The notes below the pieces were generated by a model, which saw only the letters and a list, made by a program, of their open reading frames with translations, ran no database searches and was not told the DNA's origin. A DNA stretch of 43,134 nt from Coriobacteriia bacterium (GTDB taxonomy: Bacteria > Actinomycetota > Coriobacteriia > Anaerosomatales > JAGXFU01): assembly GCA_041739935.1 (NCBI GenBank), contig JBGSMX010000144.1:1-43134 (forward strand), given 5' to 3'. Positions 8,560 through 17,898 of this stretch are shown in pieces (within the stretch, counting starts at the first letter, position 1; the number at the start of each line of letters is the position of its first letter). The translations under genes were made by a program, and so were the position numbers.

Positions 8560-9728
8560 TCTCCGCCTCCGAGGAGCGCTTCTCGATATAGCGATCGGAT
8601 CCGCTCGAGGAATGCCTCGCGCGTGAATAGCAGCTCGTAGCGTCGCCGCGCCGCGGCGCCCATGCTCTGGCGGGTCGTCGGATCGTTCAGCAGCGTCACC
8701 AACGCATCGGCCATCCCATGCACGTCGTCGAGTGCGCACATCACTCCTGTCACGCCGTCTTCCACGAGATCCAGAGTACCGGCGATGGCCGTGGTGACGA
8801 CTGGTCGCCCGCACGCCATGGCCTCGATGACGCTGATTGACTGGCCTTCACGGCGGCTCGGGGCGAATGAGATATCAAAGCACTCGTGAAGGGACCCTGC
8901 ACCGTCAACATGGCCGATGAATGCGACCCTCGGTCCGATGCCAAGGTCCCCCACCATCTGCTCAAGCTGAGCACGATCCGCCCCGGTTCCGGCGATCACC
9001 AGCCAGGCATCAGGCACGGCCTCCAGGAGCCGGGCGAACGCTTCGAGCCCTACGTCCAGCCCCTTCTGCTCGATTGCAAGACGAGTGACGCATCCAATCA
9101 GTGGCGCGCCGGCTGGAATCCCCCATTCTTCTTTCAGAGCGGCTGAATCGCACCGCCCTGAAGCCAGCGGGTCACCGATTCCATTGAACACGACGCGGAC
9201 TTTCGTCGCGGGGACAAGTCCCGACTCCGACGCCTCGCGCGCCTCGGAGGTGTTCACGAAGATCTGGAAGTCGTCCATGCGAGCGAAAGCCCACTCGAGG
9301 ATCCACATTGCGTGATACCTGATGCCCCGAACGAGCCCGGAATGGTAGAAGCCATGGGTGTGATGCACAACTAGCTCACACCCCGCGAGTCGACCTGCGA
9401 GCCTGCCGACCATCCCGCCCTTTGAGGTATGCGTGTGGAGAATCCGAACCCCGCGGCGCCGGAGCGCCACCGCCAGACGAACGGCGGTCACGAAATCGCG
9501 CAGCGGCTTGGGCTCTCTGAGAATCCCAGGAAACTCCCACACATTGTAGCCCGCTGCATGCGCGGCCGTGACCACATCCGGATGCGTCGCAAGAAGCACC
9601 GGACGCATACCCATCTCCGCTGTGACATCCATGATGCCGAAGACGACGGGCACTGCGCCTCCATAGGCGGAGTTCCCGAGCAACTGGACAGCTTCCAGCC
9701 CGGTGTACCATCTGGCCTCAGTCGGCAT
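8556..9728 (-). CDS. Glycosyltransferase family 4 (GT-B)
   Basis: HTHTSKGGMVGRLA, HHTHG, EQKG, PSRREGQSISVIEAMACGRPVV (EX7E). Confidence 0.92.
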   Translation of the reverse strand: MPTEARWYTGLEAVQLLGNSAYGGAVPVVFGIMDVTAEMGMRPVLLATHPDVVTAAHAAGYNVWEFPGILREPKPLRDFVTAVRLAVALRRRGVRILHTHTSKGGMVGRLAGRLAGCELVVHHTHGFYHSGLVRGIRYHAMWILEWAFARMDDFQIFVNTSEAREASESGLVPATKVRVVFNGIGDPLASGRCDSAALKEEWGIPAGAPLIGCVTRLAIEQKGLDVGLEAFARLLEAVPDAWLVIAGTGADRAQLEQMVGDLGIGPRVAFIGHVDGAGSLHECFDISFAPSRREGQSISVIEAMACGRPVVTTAIAGTLDLVEDGVTGVMCALDDVHGMADALVTLLNDPTTRQSMGAAARRRYELLFTREAFLERIRSLYREALLGGGE

Positions 9729-10827
9729 CGGCAGATCTCCCTTCGAGACAACGCAACACGACTTCGTGGGTCCGGCAAGCGGCCGACTTCCACGAGTAGG
9801 TGCTGACAGCGGCTTCTCGGGCTCGCTCGCCCATCAGTCGTGCGGTTTCGGGGTTTCGGGCAATCTCAGCCACCGCCAATGCGAGGGCCTCGGGGTCATC
9901 AACCGGCACGATGAGACCGCACCCGCACCGGTGAACGACCTCGCGTAGGCCCGGAAGATCGCTAACGATAACCGGAATCCCTGCCGCCATCGATTCGTAG
10001 AGCTTGAGCGGAGAGAGCCCCGTAGCGGACCTGTCACCGAGGTCGTTCTTCACGATGAGTGAGACGAGGGCTCTATTAACGATACCTGGCATACGGTCGT
10101 AGGGAACTGTCCCCAGATATCGGATCGTGTCGAGGGTTTCGGAAGCGGAAGCCACCTGCGGACGCTCGACTCCGTCACCCGCGACCCAGAGCTCGACGTC
10201 CTCGGGCCAGGTTGGAGACTCCGCGGCCCGCAGCATCGTGTCCACTCCTTGCCAGACCGCCAGTGCCCCGAAGAAGACCGCATAACGCTCCGTCCCGCCG
10301 TCCCTTTCCGGGATGAAGTGATCCGGGTCGGCGCCATTACCGATGACCGAGATCTTGGTGGCGTCCACCCCGCGATCGATCATCCAGTCTCCCAGCTCCA
10401 GGGTGACGGCGATGATCGCGCTGGCGGATCGACAGCGGATCAAGAACTGCCAAACGAGAGCACGGCTCCAACGCTTCAGCCTGGGCAAGGACAGCCCAAG
10501 CTCGTCAGGAGGTCCGTTCACCTCGAGTACGACAGGAACACGTGCGATCCGAGCCGCCAGGATGGACGGAAACGCCGCCGGATGATCGCGAACATACAGA
10601 ACCGACGCCTGTTGAAGCGACCCGATGCAACCGAGCTGCACACGTGCGTACTCCAGAAGCTTGCTCGTCAGGCTGACCGGTTCAGCGGAGTCCGCGTAAC
10701 GCGGTTCAAACAACCGGCACTCCCATTTGAGCGCCTCTAAGCCTGCCACGATCTGATGGACATGTGCGTAGCTAGCCTGTCCTTGGCGCGTTGCCTGGAG
10801 GCATAGATATGTCAGCCGACGGTTCAT
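9718..10827 (-). CDS. Glycosyltransferase family 4 (GT-B)
   Basis: LEVNG, NGAD, FFGALAVWQG, SPLKLYESMAAGIPVIVSD. ATG at 10827 in an ATGA overlap. Confidence 0.9.
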   Translation of the reverse strand: MNRRLTYLCLQATRQGQASYAHVHQIVAGLEALKWECRLFEPRYADSAEPVSLTSKLLEYARVQLGCIGSLQQASVLYVRDHPAAFPSILAARIARVPVVLEVNGPPDELGLSLPRLKRWSRALVWQFLIRCRSASAIIAVTLELGDWMIDRGVDATKISVIGNGADPDHFIPERDGGTERYAVFFGALAVWQGVDTMLRAAESPTWPEDVELWVAGDGVERPQVASASETLDTIRYLGTVPYDRMPGIVNRALVSLIVKNDLGDRSATGLSPLKLYESMAAGIPVIVSDLPGLREVVHRCGCGLIVPVDDPEALALAVAEIARNPETARLMGERAREAAVSTYSWKSAACRTHEVVLRCLEGRSADAD

Positions 10828-11933
10828 CGTCTCACGCCAGCGACATCCTCGTAGAGCGCAATGAGCTTCTCGGCGACACCGTCCCACGTGAGCAAGGCGG
10901 GGTCTCGCGCGATGCGTCCCCTGTCCCAGCTCGTACCGACGGCACGTAGCAGCGCATCGGCGAGTGCGTCAACGTCCCTCGTCGGAATCAGCAGCCCGTT
11001 CTCGCGCTCCTTGACAAGTGCTGGCAAGGCTCCCACCCGCGTGCACACCAACGGCACGCCAGACGCAAGCGCTTCGAGCGCGCTCACAGGCATACCCTCG
11101 CTCGAGCTGGGTAGAACGGCGATCGTGGCACGCGCATACAGGCCGCGAAGCGACGAATGCTCGACGTTGCCGAGCAGATGCACCCGCCCGGACACGCCGA
11201 GCTTCTCGGCAAGCACGCGCAGTGTCGGCATCATGGGGCCGTCGCCGGCGACAAGGAGGTCGCATCCTAGACGGGCATGTTCGGCAGCATAGGCTCTGAT
11301 GAGGACATCAGGGTTCTTCACTGGGTTCAATCCGCCGACGAATAGGATCGCGTCCCTCTCAGCACTCTCCTCGTACGAGATGTCCCGGGCATTGTAGCCG
11401 TTCGGAATGAACGTGCACCCCTCCTTCAGTCGACCCACTCCATCGAGCATCGCAGGGCTCACGCACACCATGCGCTCCGCAGCCGACAAGGCACGCGCCA
11501 GAAATGCACCGACGACAGGGCGGCGCAGTTGCACGTTTACGTCACTCCCGTGAAGAGTGATCACGACAGGGAGCCCAAGTCCGCGTGTCGCCCGAATCGC
11601 GGCGACCCCATCAGGCATTGCGTAGTGGGCATGCACAACGTCGTAACGAGACGCACCAAGCTGATTGCGAATCGCTCCTCGCAACCTCGTGGCAGCAGAC
11701 ACGACATTCAGTACTGAAGGGACCAGCCCCCGCCATGGTAGCTGGATAAACCGCACTCGAAGACCAGACGCATCAGCGTTGGGCATTGGTGGCGCGTCGT
11801 CGTACCGAGCGGACAGCACATCGACCGTGATGCCCTGGCGCAGCAGCGCGCCCACTTGCTCTGCGACAAAAATGCCCCGTGACGGCGACGACTCGGAAGG
11901 ATAAAGATGACTGACGACGAGGACCCGCATCAT
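10824..11933 (-). CDS. Glycosyltransferase family 4 (TuaC-like)
   Basis: MRVLVVSHLYP...GIFVAEQ, HAHY, TLHGSDV, VKNP, PSSSEGMPVSALEALASG. ATG at 11933 in an ATGA overlap. Confidence 0.92.
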   Translation of the reverse strand: MMRVLVVSHLYPSESSPSRGIFVAEQVGALLRQGITVDVLSARYDDAPPMPNADASGLRVRFIQLPWRGLVPSVLNVVSAATRLRGAIRNQLGASRYDVVHAHYAMPDGVAAIRATRGLGLPVVITLHGSDVNVQLRRPVVGAFLARALSAAERMVCVSPAMLDGVGRLKEGCTFIPNGYNARDISYEESAERDAILFVGGLNPVKNPDVLIRAYAAEHARLGCDLLVAGDGPMMPTLRVLAEKLGVSGRVHLLGNVEHSSLRGLYARATIAVLPSSSEGMPVSALEALASGVPLVCTRVGALPALVKERENGLLIPTRDVDALADALLRAVGTSWDRGRIARDPALLTWDGVAEKLIALYEDVAGVRR

Positions 11934-13294
11934 GACTCCCCGGCAGCCGGATCGACGTCCAGCGCCTCGAGAGAAGCGAGCATCGCAAGCGATACCCACA
12001 GCTCGTTCGCCTTCAATCCATGAAGCGAGAGTCCCGTCGCGAGAACGACGACTGTCGCGACCACCACGAGTCTCGACTCCGGAACTAGCGAGCCGTTCAC
12101 ATGAGACGCTGCGGACCTGAGCGCCGGCACCAGAAATCCAGCCATAAGCACGAACCCGACGATTCCGACGCCGAGAAGGACCTCGATATAGAGGTTGTGC
12201 GGCGAGACGGGTGCGCCGACAATGCTGCCCAAGACAACTGTCACGCTGTCAGGACCGACACCGATGAATGGGTGCGCAGCAACAGCTTCGAGTGCCGCAG
12301 CCCAGATCCTCAACCGACTGAAATCGACCGTGATAGCGGCGGTTCCGCCCGTGACCCGTTCGAGGAGCACGGCGACGGCAGCGACGTTCAGCGAGACCGC
12401 GGCGGCGAGAGCGCCAAAGAGCGCCACGACCCGCAGGACAGAGGTGTGGATGCTTCGTGTCCAGACCGCGTACACAAGCAAACCCACGGCGAGGGCCAGA
12501 AGAGCTCCCCGGGAGAAGGTGTAGATTAGACAAATGCCTTGAGCGAGCAAGAGGAGGACGGCCACGGGCAACCAGGGCCGGTAGCGCGGCATGACCGCCA
12601 TCCCGAACGTGATGGAGAACGCGAACGCGAGATAGCGCCCCAACGCGTTCGGATCGTAGAACGTGGACGTGATCCGGAACACCTCGAGGTGGGTCGACGC
12701 GTAAGCCTGGTTCGCGACGGTTCCCAGAACGCTCGTCCCGGTGATGATGTCGAGCAATCCCACGATCACGACAGGGACGCTACCGGCCACGATGGCAACA
12801 AGGAGTGTCCGAAACTCACGATCGCTCCGAATTAGGTTCACGGCCAGCACGACGAACGCCATCTGGCCAAGCAGGGCAACGAGGCCCCACACACTCGCGG
12901 CAGTGGCTCCGTAGAGTGCCGTGGCTACAAGCGCGACTCCGAACACGCCGAAGAGCATCCACGAGCGCTTCGGCAGAAGAAGCCCGGCCCGTGATGCCAT
13001 CGTCGAGACAAGCCACGCGAACACCGTCAGCACTAGCGTTAGCTTGGCCCACGTCATGGCCGAGACACCCGGGCTCACGCGGCCGAAGGCCTCAAGCGGC
13101 ATGAGTATCACCGCAGCGTACATGCCTATCGCTGGTCGCCGCGCGACCGTCAGCACGAGAAGGGCGCCCAGGCCAAGCGCCAGGAACACGCTCCCCCGAC
13201 CCACATATAGCGACAACCCAAAGGCCGCCGACAAGACCACCGTCGACACCCACACGATGCGTGATGGGACTCGCCTGTCGAGCATCTCGATCAC
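11930..13294 (-). CDS. O-antigen ligase-like / Wzy polymerase membrane protein
   Basis: RITSTFYDPNALG, TFSRGA, RLRIW...HPFIGVG, SPHNLYIEV; more than 10 TMs. Confidence 0.88.
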   Translation of the reverse strand: MIEMLDRRVPSRIVWVSTVVLSAAFGLSLYVGRGSVFLALGLGALLVLTVARRPAIGMYAAVILMPLEAFGRVSPGVSAMTWAKLTLVLTVFAWLVSTMASRAGLLLPKRSWMLFGVFGVALVATALYGATAASVWGLVALLGQMAFVVLAVNLIRSDREFRTLLVAIVAGSVPVVIVGLLDIITGTSVLGTVANQAYASTHLEVFRITSTFYDPNALGRYLAFAFSITFGMAVMPRYRPWLPVAVLLLLAQGICLIYTFSRGALLALAVGLLVYAVWTRSIHTSVLRVVALFGALAAAVSLNVAAVAVLLERVTGGTAAITVDFSRLRIWAAALEAVAAHPFIGVGPDSVTVVLGSIVGAPVSPHNLYIEVLLGVGIVGFVLMAGFLVPALRSAASHVNGSLVPESRLVVVATVVVLATGLSLHGLKANELWVSLAMLASLEALDVDPAAGES

Positions 13295-13331
13295 GCGGGC
13301 TCCCCGGCACTGTGCGTCATTTTGGTCCTGG

Positions 13332-15128
13332 CTACTGCAGCGCCGACATCAGAGGACCTAGGACGTCGACCCCAAGATACTCACCGACAAAATGCGCAAG
13401 CACCGTCAGGATCGCCGCAACAATCAAGAACCCGAGCACGCCAGCGAGCACTCTGCCCAGAATGGCTGCCGCTCGCCGTCCTGCAGTCGGCTCTGAGGCC
13501 CACTCCGACTGGGTCAGCATCGCGGTAGGCTGCGCCGAGTCTGATGGTGTCCGCTTGCCCGTCGTCACGCCGTAATAACTCGCGTAGTAGCCATAGCCCC
13601 CCGCGTAATAGCCATAGCCTTGACCGCTCTTGCCTTGCTCAAGACCCCAGACCACAACGCCCATCACTCTCGCGCCGACCTTGTCCAGCAGTTCGACTGC
13701 CTTCTTTGCGGAATCCCTCGTCGACCTTCCCGCCTGGGTGACCATCAGTACCCCATCGGCCCAGCGCGCGACTGACGCCGGATCCGCGACGGCCAACAAT
13801 GGCGGGGTGTCCACGATGACCCAGTCCGCCCACTCCTCAAGTTCAGCAAGTAGTGCTTGCATCTTGGTCGATCCGAGCAGCTCCGCGGGATTCGGAGGCA
13901 TCTTGCCCGACGTCAACACCAATAGTGAGTCATCGCCGGGCCTCTGTAGGGCCGACTTCAATGTATGCGTCCCGAGCAGGACATCTGAAAGTCCTATGAG
14001 GTTGTTCACGCCGAAGAACTCCTCGGTAGTAGGCCTTCGGAAGTCACACGAGAGGACGACTACCTTCTTGCCCGCCTGGGACAAAGATGCTGCCAGATTC
14101 GCCGCGACGGTAGACTTGCCTTCGGCCGGCGCAGCAGAAGTCAAGACAATCGTCTTCAGCTCGTGTTCGAAGTTCACGAACTCGAGGGAGTTGCGAAGAA
14201 CCCGGTATGCCTCGGCGGCCGAAGACGTGGGCGCTTGCAGCACGGTCAATCGCCGGGTTTCGCCCTTCTCGAACTTCTCGAGCGGGATGGTTCCCAGCAC
14301 CGGAGCGCCGAAGACCCGCTCGACCTCCTCGGTCGACTTCAACGAGTCGTCGAGATACTCGTACAGGAAGGCCATGGCCAGTCCGAGGACGAGCCCCACC
14401 GCGACTCCCAGCACCGCGTTGCGTAGCGGCGACGGAGCGACAGGTTCGCTCTCAGCGATCGCCGGGCTCACCACGCGCCCTGCTCCCGTCTCAAGCTGCT
14501 CGTTGATCCGCAGCTGTTCGAGCTTCTCCGCGAGCGTGGTGTAGGAACCGGTCAGTATCTGCAGCTCAGCGGTCAGCTCGTCGGTCTTCCCCTCGCTCTC
14601 AATGCGACGCGCCAGGGCCAGAATCTGTTCCTCCGCGTCTGCAAGGCGGGATTCGACCTCATCGCCAGCGGCAGCGATGCTTTCCCGCTTGCTCTGCTGG
14701 GACCACGCGACGAACTCGTCCGCCATGGTGTTCGCAATATCGGCGGCCCGATTGGCATCTCCTGAACGGGCGCGGATGTACACCACGTTGGTCTGGCCTA
14801 GTGCGGACACCTCGATGTCGTCGAGCAGTGCATCGGGAGTCATCTTCAGTCCTAGCTGGCGCACCGTCTCCTGAGCGAGTGGACGGAGCTGCATCAGCTG
14901 GACCTGGGTCTGGAGCCCTCGTTCGGGCTGGCTCGAGAACTCGGAGATCGAAGTACCCAGGAGCGCCGCGCCTGTGTCCTGCTGGGAAATCAGCACCTTC
15001 GATTCGCCCTCGTACACTTTGGGCTGCACCAGGCTCACTACGACTGCCGTCAGCGTAACGATCACAATGGCCTGAATGATGGTCCACTTGCGGACCCGAA
15101 TGACGTTCAGATAGTCACGAAGCTCCAT
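13332..15128 (-). CDS. Wzc-like chain-length regulator / BY-type tyrosine autokinase
   Basis: Wzz-like N-terminus MELRDYL, PVAPSP TM2, AEAYRVLRNSL, Walker A APAEGKST, A' SCDFRRP, B VIVDTPP, Tyr cluster GYGYYAGGYGYYASYYG. Confidence 0.95.
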   Translation of the reverse strand: MELRDYLNVIRVRKWTIIQAIVIVTLTAVVVSLVQPKVYEGESKVLISQQDTGAALLGTSISEFSSQPERGLQTQVQLMQLRPLAQETVRQLGLKMTPDALLDDIEVSALGQTNVVYIRARSGDANRAADIANTMADEFVAWSQQSKRESIAAAGDEVESRLADAEEQILALARRIESEGKTDELTAELQILTGSYTTLAEKLEQLRINEQLETGAGRVVSPAIAESEPVAPSPLRNAVLGVAVGLVLGLAMAFLYEYLDDSLKSTEEVERVFGAPVLGTIPLEKFEKGETRRLTVLQAPTSSAAEAYRVLRNSLEFVNFEHELKTIVLTSAAPAEGKSTVAANLAASLSQAGKKVVVLSCDFRRPTTEEFFGVNNLIGLSDVLLGTHTLKSALQRPGDDSLLVLTSGKMPPNPAELLGSTKMQALLAELEEWADWVIVDTPPLLAVADPASVARWADGVLMVTQAGRSTRDSAKKAVELLDKVGARVMGVVVWGLEQGKSGQGYGYYAGGYGYYASYYGVTTGKRTPSDSAQPTAMLTQSEWASEPTAGRRAAAILGRVLAGVLGFLIVAAILTVLAHFVGEYLGVDVLGPLMSALQ

Positions 15129-15178
15129 TGCCTCTCCGCTCTGCTACGATTCGATGCTACTTGCAGCGGACTGCGGCG

Positions 15179-15946
15179 TCACTGAGCCGCCACCTTCGTG
15201 AACCTGGCGATGAACCACATGTCCTCGCCGTCGATCTTCTTGGATATGACGACCACCTCGCCGTTGCCGACCTCATGGTCCTCGTTCATCACGATCTTGA
15301 GCGTCGTGTTGCCGGTCCCGGGCACTATCTGGTCTATCCGCACGTCTGTGATCGCTCCCGACGCATACTCCCCCAGCACCGCCGAACTTGCGGCCTGCTG
15401 CTCCAGGATCGTATTCAGCAACGCGACATCGACGTCTTCAATCGCCGGCAACTCCGTCGCTGGCGGCGCGGCTTCAGTCGGATCTTCGGATTCAGCGCGC
15501 ATGCCGCTTACGTACGAGAAGTACCACACGTCGCCGAATTCGCGCATTCCCAACCGACCGGGAAGCGACGAACCGTCCGAGAACTCGGCGGTGATCTCCA
15601 GCGTCGCCTCGTCGCCGGCTTGCGCCACATCGTTAACCACGATGCGCTCGACTTCGCCCTCGACCAACCGCTTGATGTTGACCTGCGAGTCGACCTGCTC
15701 CTGCCAGATGCGCAGAGCGAACTCCTCGGACATACCGTCGGGAAGCTGCAGCTGGGCGGGTTCGGTCGATACCTCACCCGGATCGCGCTCGGTGGCCTGA
15801 CTCGATGTCGTCAAACCAAGAAGGTCACTCACCAGGGCCACGCCGTCCAGCGCATAGAATGCATAGCCGAACGCCGCTACCGCGAGGAGTGCGATCAGCA
15901 CCGGGACGGCGACCGACCGCTTGGGATTGTCCTGCTGCTCAGACAT
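15179..15946 (-). CDS. Hypothetical single-TM protein with two internally repeated extracytoplasmic domains
   Basis: GAGG RBS, N-terminal TM, acidic composition; two homologous-looking halves joined by a Pro/Ala/Glu linker. Confidence 0.75.
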   Translation of the reverse strand: MSEQQDNPKRSVAVPVLIALLAVAAFGYAFYALDGVALVSDLLGLTTSSQATERDPGEVSTEPAQLQLPDGMSEEFALRIWQEQVDSQVNIKRLVEGEVERIVVNDVAQAGDEATLEITAEFSDGSSLPGRLGMREFGDVWYFSYVSGMRAESEDPTEAAPPATELPAIEDVDVALLNTILEQQAASSAVLGEYASGAITDVRIDQIVPGTGNTTLKIVMNEDHEVGNGEVVVISKKIDGEDMWFIARFTKVAAQ

Positions 15947-16019
15947 ACTGCTACCTCTGCCAATCCCCCGTATGGGTTCCGCACGCGTCTACCGGACGCG
16001 AGCGCGCCACTCACGCAAG

Positions 16020-16025
16020 AGTATA
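16020..16025 (-). promoter_or_regulatory. Candidate sigma-A -10 box for the polysaccharide operon
   Basis: TATACT on the minus strand in the 147-bp intergenic gap; no convincing -35. Confidence 0.4.
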
Positions 16026-16093
16026 CGGGTTCTGGCCTGGCCTTACCACGTTGCGCACGCGACGAGCATGGACCGCGGTGCGGGTCGCTGCGA

Positions 16094-16795
16094 TCAGAAC
16101 CCCGCGCCGAACTCGTTCAGCAGCTCGCCGTCGACAGAACTACTCGCATCCCCCGCTTCAACCAGGGCGCTCACCTCGGCCCACGAGGATGCCAGCACCG
16201 TCCCGAGCGCCTCGCCAACGGCCTCATTGGTGCGGTCTGCGTCACCCGGCGTGGCAGTGGCCTGAGTGGCTACCAGGGCACCGAGCTCCGCCCCAGAAAG
16301 CGTCTGCTGGCCCTCCTCGATGGCGTACAGCTTATCGCCGAGAAACACGTTCGCTCCTGCAGGAACGACTGTCACGGCACCCCCGGCGTCATCGACGAGT
16401 GCCTGCCAGTCCCCGCGAGGCACCACGACCCAAGCCGGGCCGTTTTGCAGGCCTCTTGCCTCGGCGTATGCATCCACGACAGCCTGCCCGCCGCCGAACG
16501 CATAGGCGTCGCGGAGCAGCGTGTAACTCGTCCCCGGAATCGTGACCTCGGTGAACGGGTCGACGACCTCGATCGAGCCCGTGTCCGAGAAAAGCAGCAA
16601 GACGCCACCCACGGCGGCCCCGTCAGCATCGTCAGTGACGGCCACGACGAGCACCTCACCCGGCGGCTCAGTCGGCGCGAACCAGTCGATCTCACCAGAA
16701 CCCGCAAGCACCGCTATCACGGCAACCGAAATGACCAGAAGCCCTAGAAGTGCGCCCACCGCCAGCGACTTCCCGAAACCGCCAGAGCCGGCCAT
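16094..16795 (-). CDS. Membrane-anchored LytR-CpsA-Psr (LCP)-like protein, degenerate active site
   Basis: N-terminal TM, then TEVTIPG...LRDAYAFGG, ALVDDAGGAVTVVP and EGQQTLSGAE in LCP order and spacing; canonical Arg/Asp motifs are not present. Confidence 0.65.
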   Translation of the reverse strand: MAGSGGFGKSLAVGALLGLLVISVAVIAVLAGSGEIDWFAPTEPPGEVLVVAVTDDADGAAVGGVLLLFSDTGSIEVVDPFTEVTIPGTSYTLLRDAYAFGGGQAVVDAYAEARGLQNGPAWVVVPRGDWQALVDDAGGAVTVVPAGANVFLGDKLYAIEEGQQTLSGAELGALVATQATATPGDADRTNEAVGEALGTVLASSWAEVSALVEAGDASSSVDGELLNEFGAGF

Positions 16796-17887
16796 CTACT
16801 GCCTCCCGACATACGCAAGCACGCCATCGGCGATACCCTGCGCGACTTTGTCCTGATAGTGCGGGCTTGCCAGCAAGCGATCCTCGACCGGGTTCGACAT
16901 GAAGCCGCACTCAACCAGGATGCTGGGCACTTCGGCCCAGTTGAAACCGGAAAGGTCCGTGCGGGCTACCGTGCCGCGCGACACGGCACCTGTCGAAGCA
17001 ATCACAGAATCGTGGACGATCCCCGCCGCGGCCATGCTCTCCTCGGCGATCGGACCCGTCCACTGATTCGCACCCGGGTACAGCGTGCTGATCCCGGCTA
17101 CACTCGAATCGGTGCTGCCGTCCGCATGCACGCGAATGAACAGTTCGGCCCCGGCGCCATTTGCGATCTGCGCCCGCTCGGCATTCGAGATATCCACGTC
17201 GTTGGTCGTGCGGGTCATCACGACAGTGATGCCCTCGGCTTCGAGCCGCTGCTTGAGGTTCATGGATATCTGCAGGACGACCTCGTACTCGGGAATGCCC
17301 GTAGCCACGCCCGTCGTTCCACCCCTGACCTTCTCCTTGGTCTGGGACGCACCCGGGCCGATCGGCTCGGGGGACAGATTCGAACTGGACTGATGCCCCG
17401 GATCTATGCAGATGACGATGCCCCGGGCCTGGGTCGCCGGTGTCGCCTGCGATGCGGCAGGCACCAGTCCCGTCACGACCGAGCCCGTCATCACCAACTC
17501 GCCTGCTGCGGGATCCTGCGATCGCACCACCTGCTCGGCACCCGGGGCCACCGATGTGCCGTCGGCCTGAATCTCGAGCATCAGGCCGGCTGCCGACAGA
17601 ATCAGCTGCGCCTCTTTGACCGTGCGCCCGACCACGTCAGGCACCTCGATCGTGCTGCTGCTCTCGGCCGAGAAGCCCGCTGAGGCCGTGCTCTCGGTAA
17701 GATCGGCCGCCAACGGCGCCTCTTGTGCGACAGAGGCCGGGACATCCACGTTCTCGTCCTGGCCGGTTGCTGCAAAGACCGCAAACGCCGTCCCCGCAAG
17801 AATCGTCGCAACGCCTATGCCCGCGACCGCCAGCTTAACCCGGCGGCCACGCCCGTTGTCTCTGCGTGCGATCCTGCTTCGCGTCAT
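16796..17887 (-). CDS. N-acetylmuramoyl-L-alanine amidase (Amidase_3) with N-terminal anchor and PASTA domain
   Basis: Basic N-terminus plus TM; PASTA VPDVVGRTVKEAQLILSAAGL...VRSQDPAAG; Zn/catalytic motifs IDPGH, EYEV, ERAQIAN, RVHAD, LVECGFMSN. Confidence 0.92.
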   Translation of the reverse strand: MTRSRIARRDNGRGRRVKLAVAGIGVATILAGTAFAVFAATGQDENVDVPASVAQEAPLAADLTESTASAGFSAESSSTIEVPDVVGRTVKEAQLILSAAGLMLEIQADGTSVAPGAEQVVRSQDPAAGELVMTGSVVTGLVPAASQATPATQARGIVICIDPGHQSSSNLSPEPIGPGASQTKEKVRGGTTGVATGIPEYEVVLQISMNLKQRLEAEGITVVMTRTTNDVDISNAERAQIANGAGAELFIRVHADGSTDSSVAGISTLYPGANQWTGPIAEESMAAAGIVHDSVIASTGAVSRGTVARTDLSGFNWAEVPSILVECGFMSNPVEDRLLASPHYQDKVAQGIADGVLAYVGRQ

Positions 17888-17898
17888 GACTATCCGTA

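Noticed and set aside
15980-16002. CGCGTC-CGGTA-GACGCG hairpin resembling an ops/JUMPstart element upstream of the operon
   Set aside because: Only the CGGTAG core matches GGCGGTAG; no RfaH/NusG paralogue nearby; a short GC hairpin is likely by chance.
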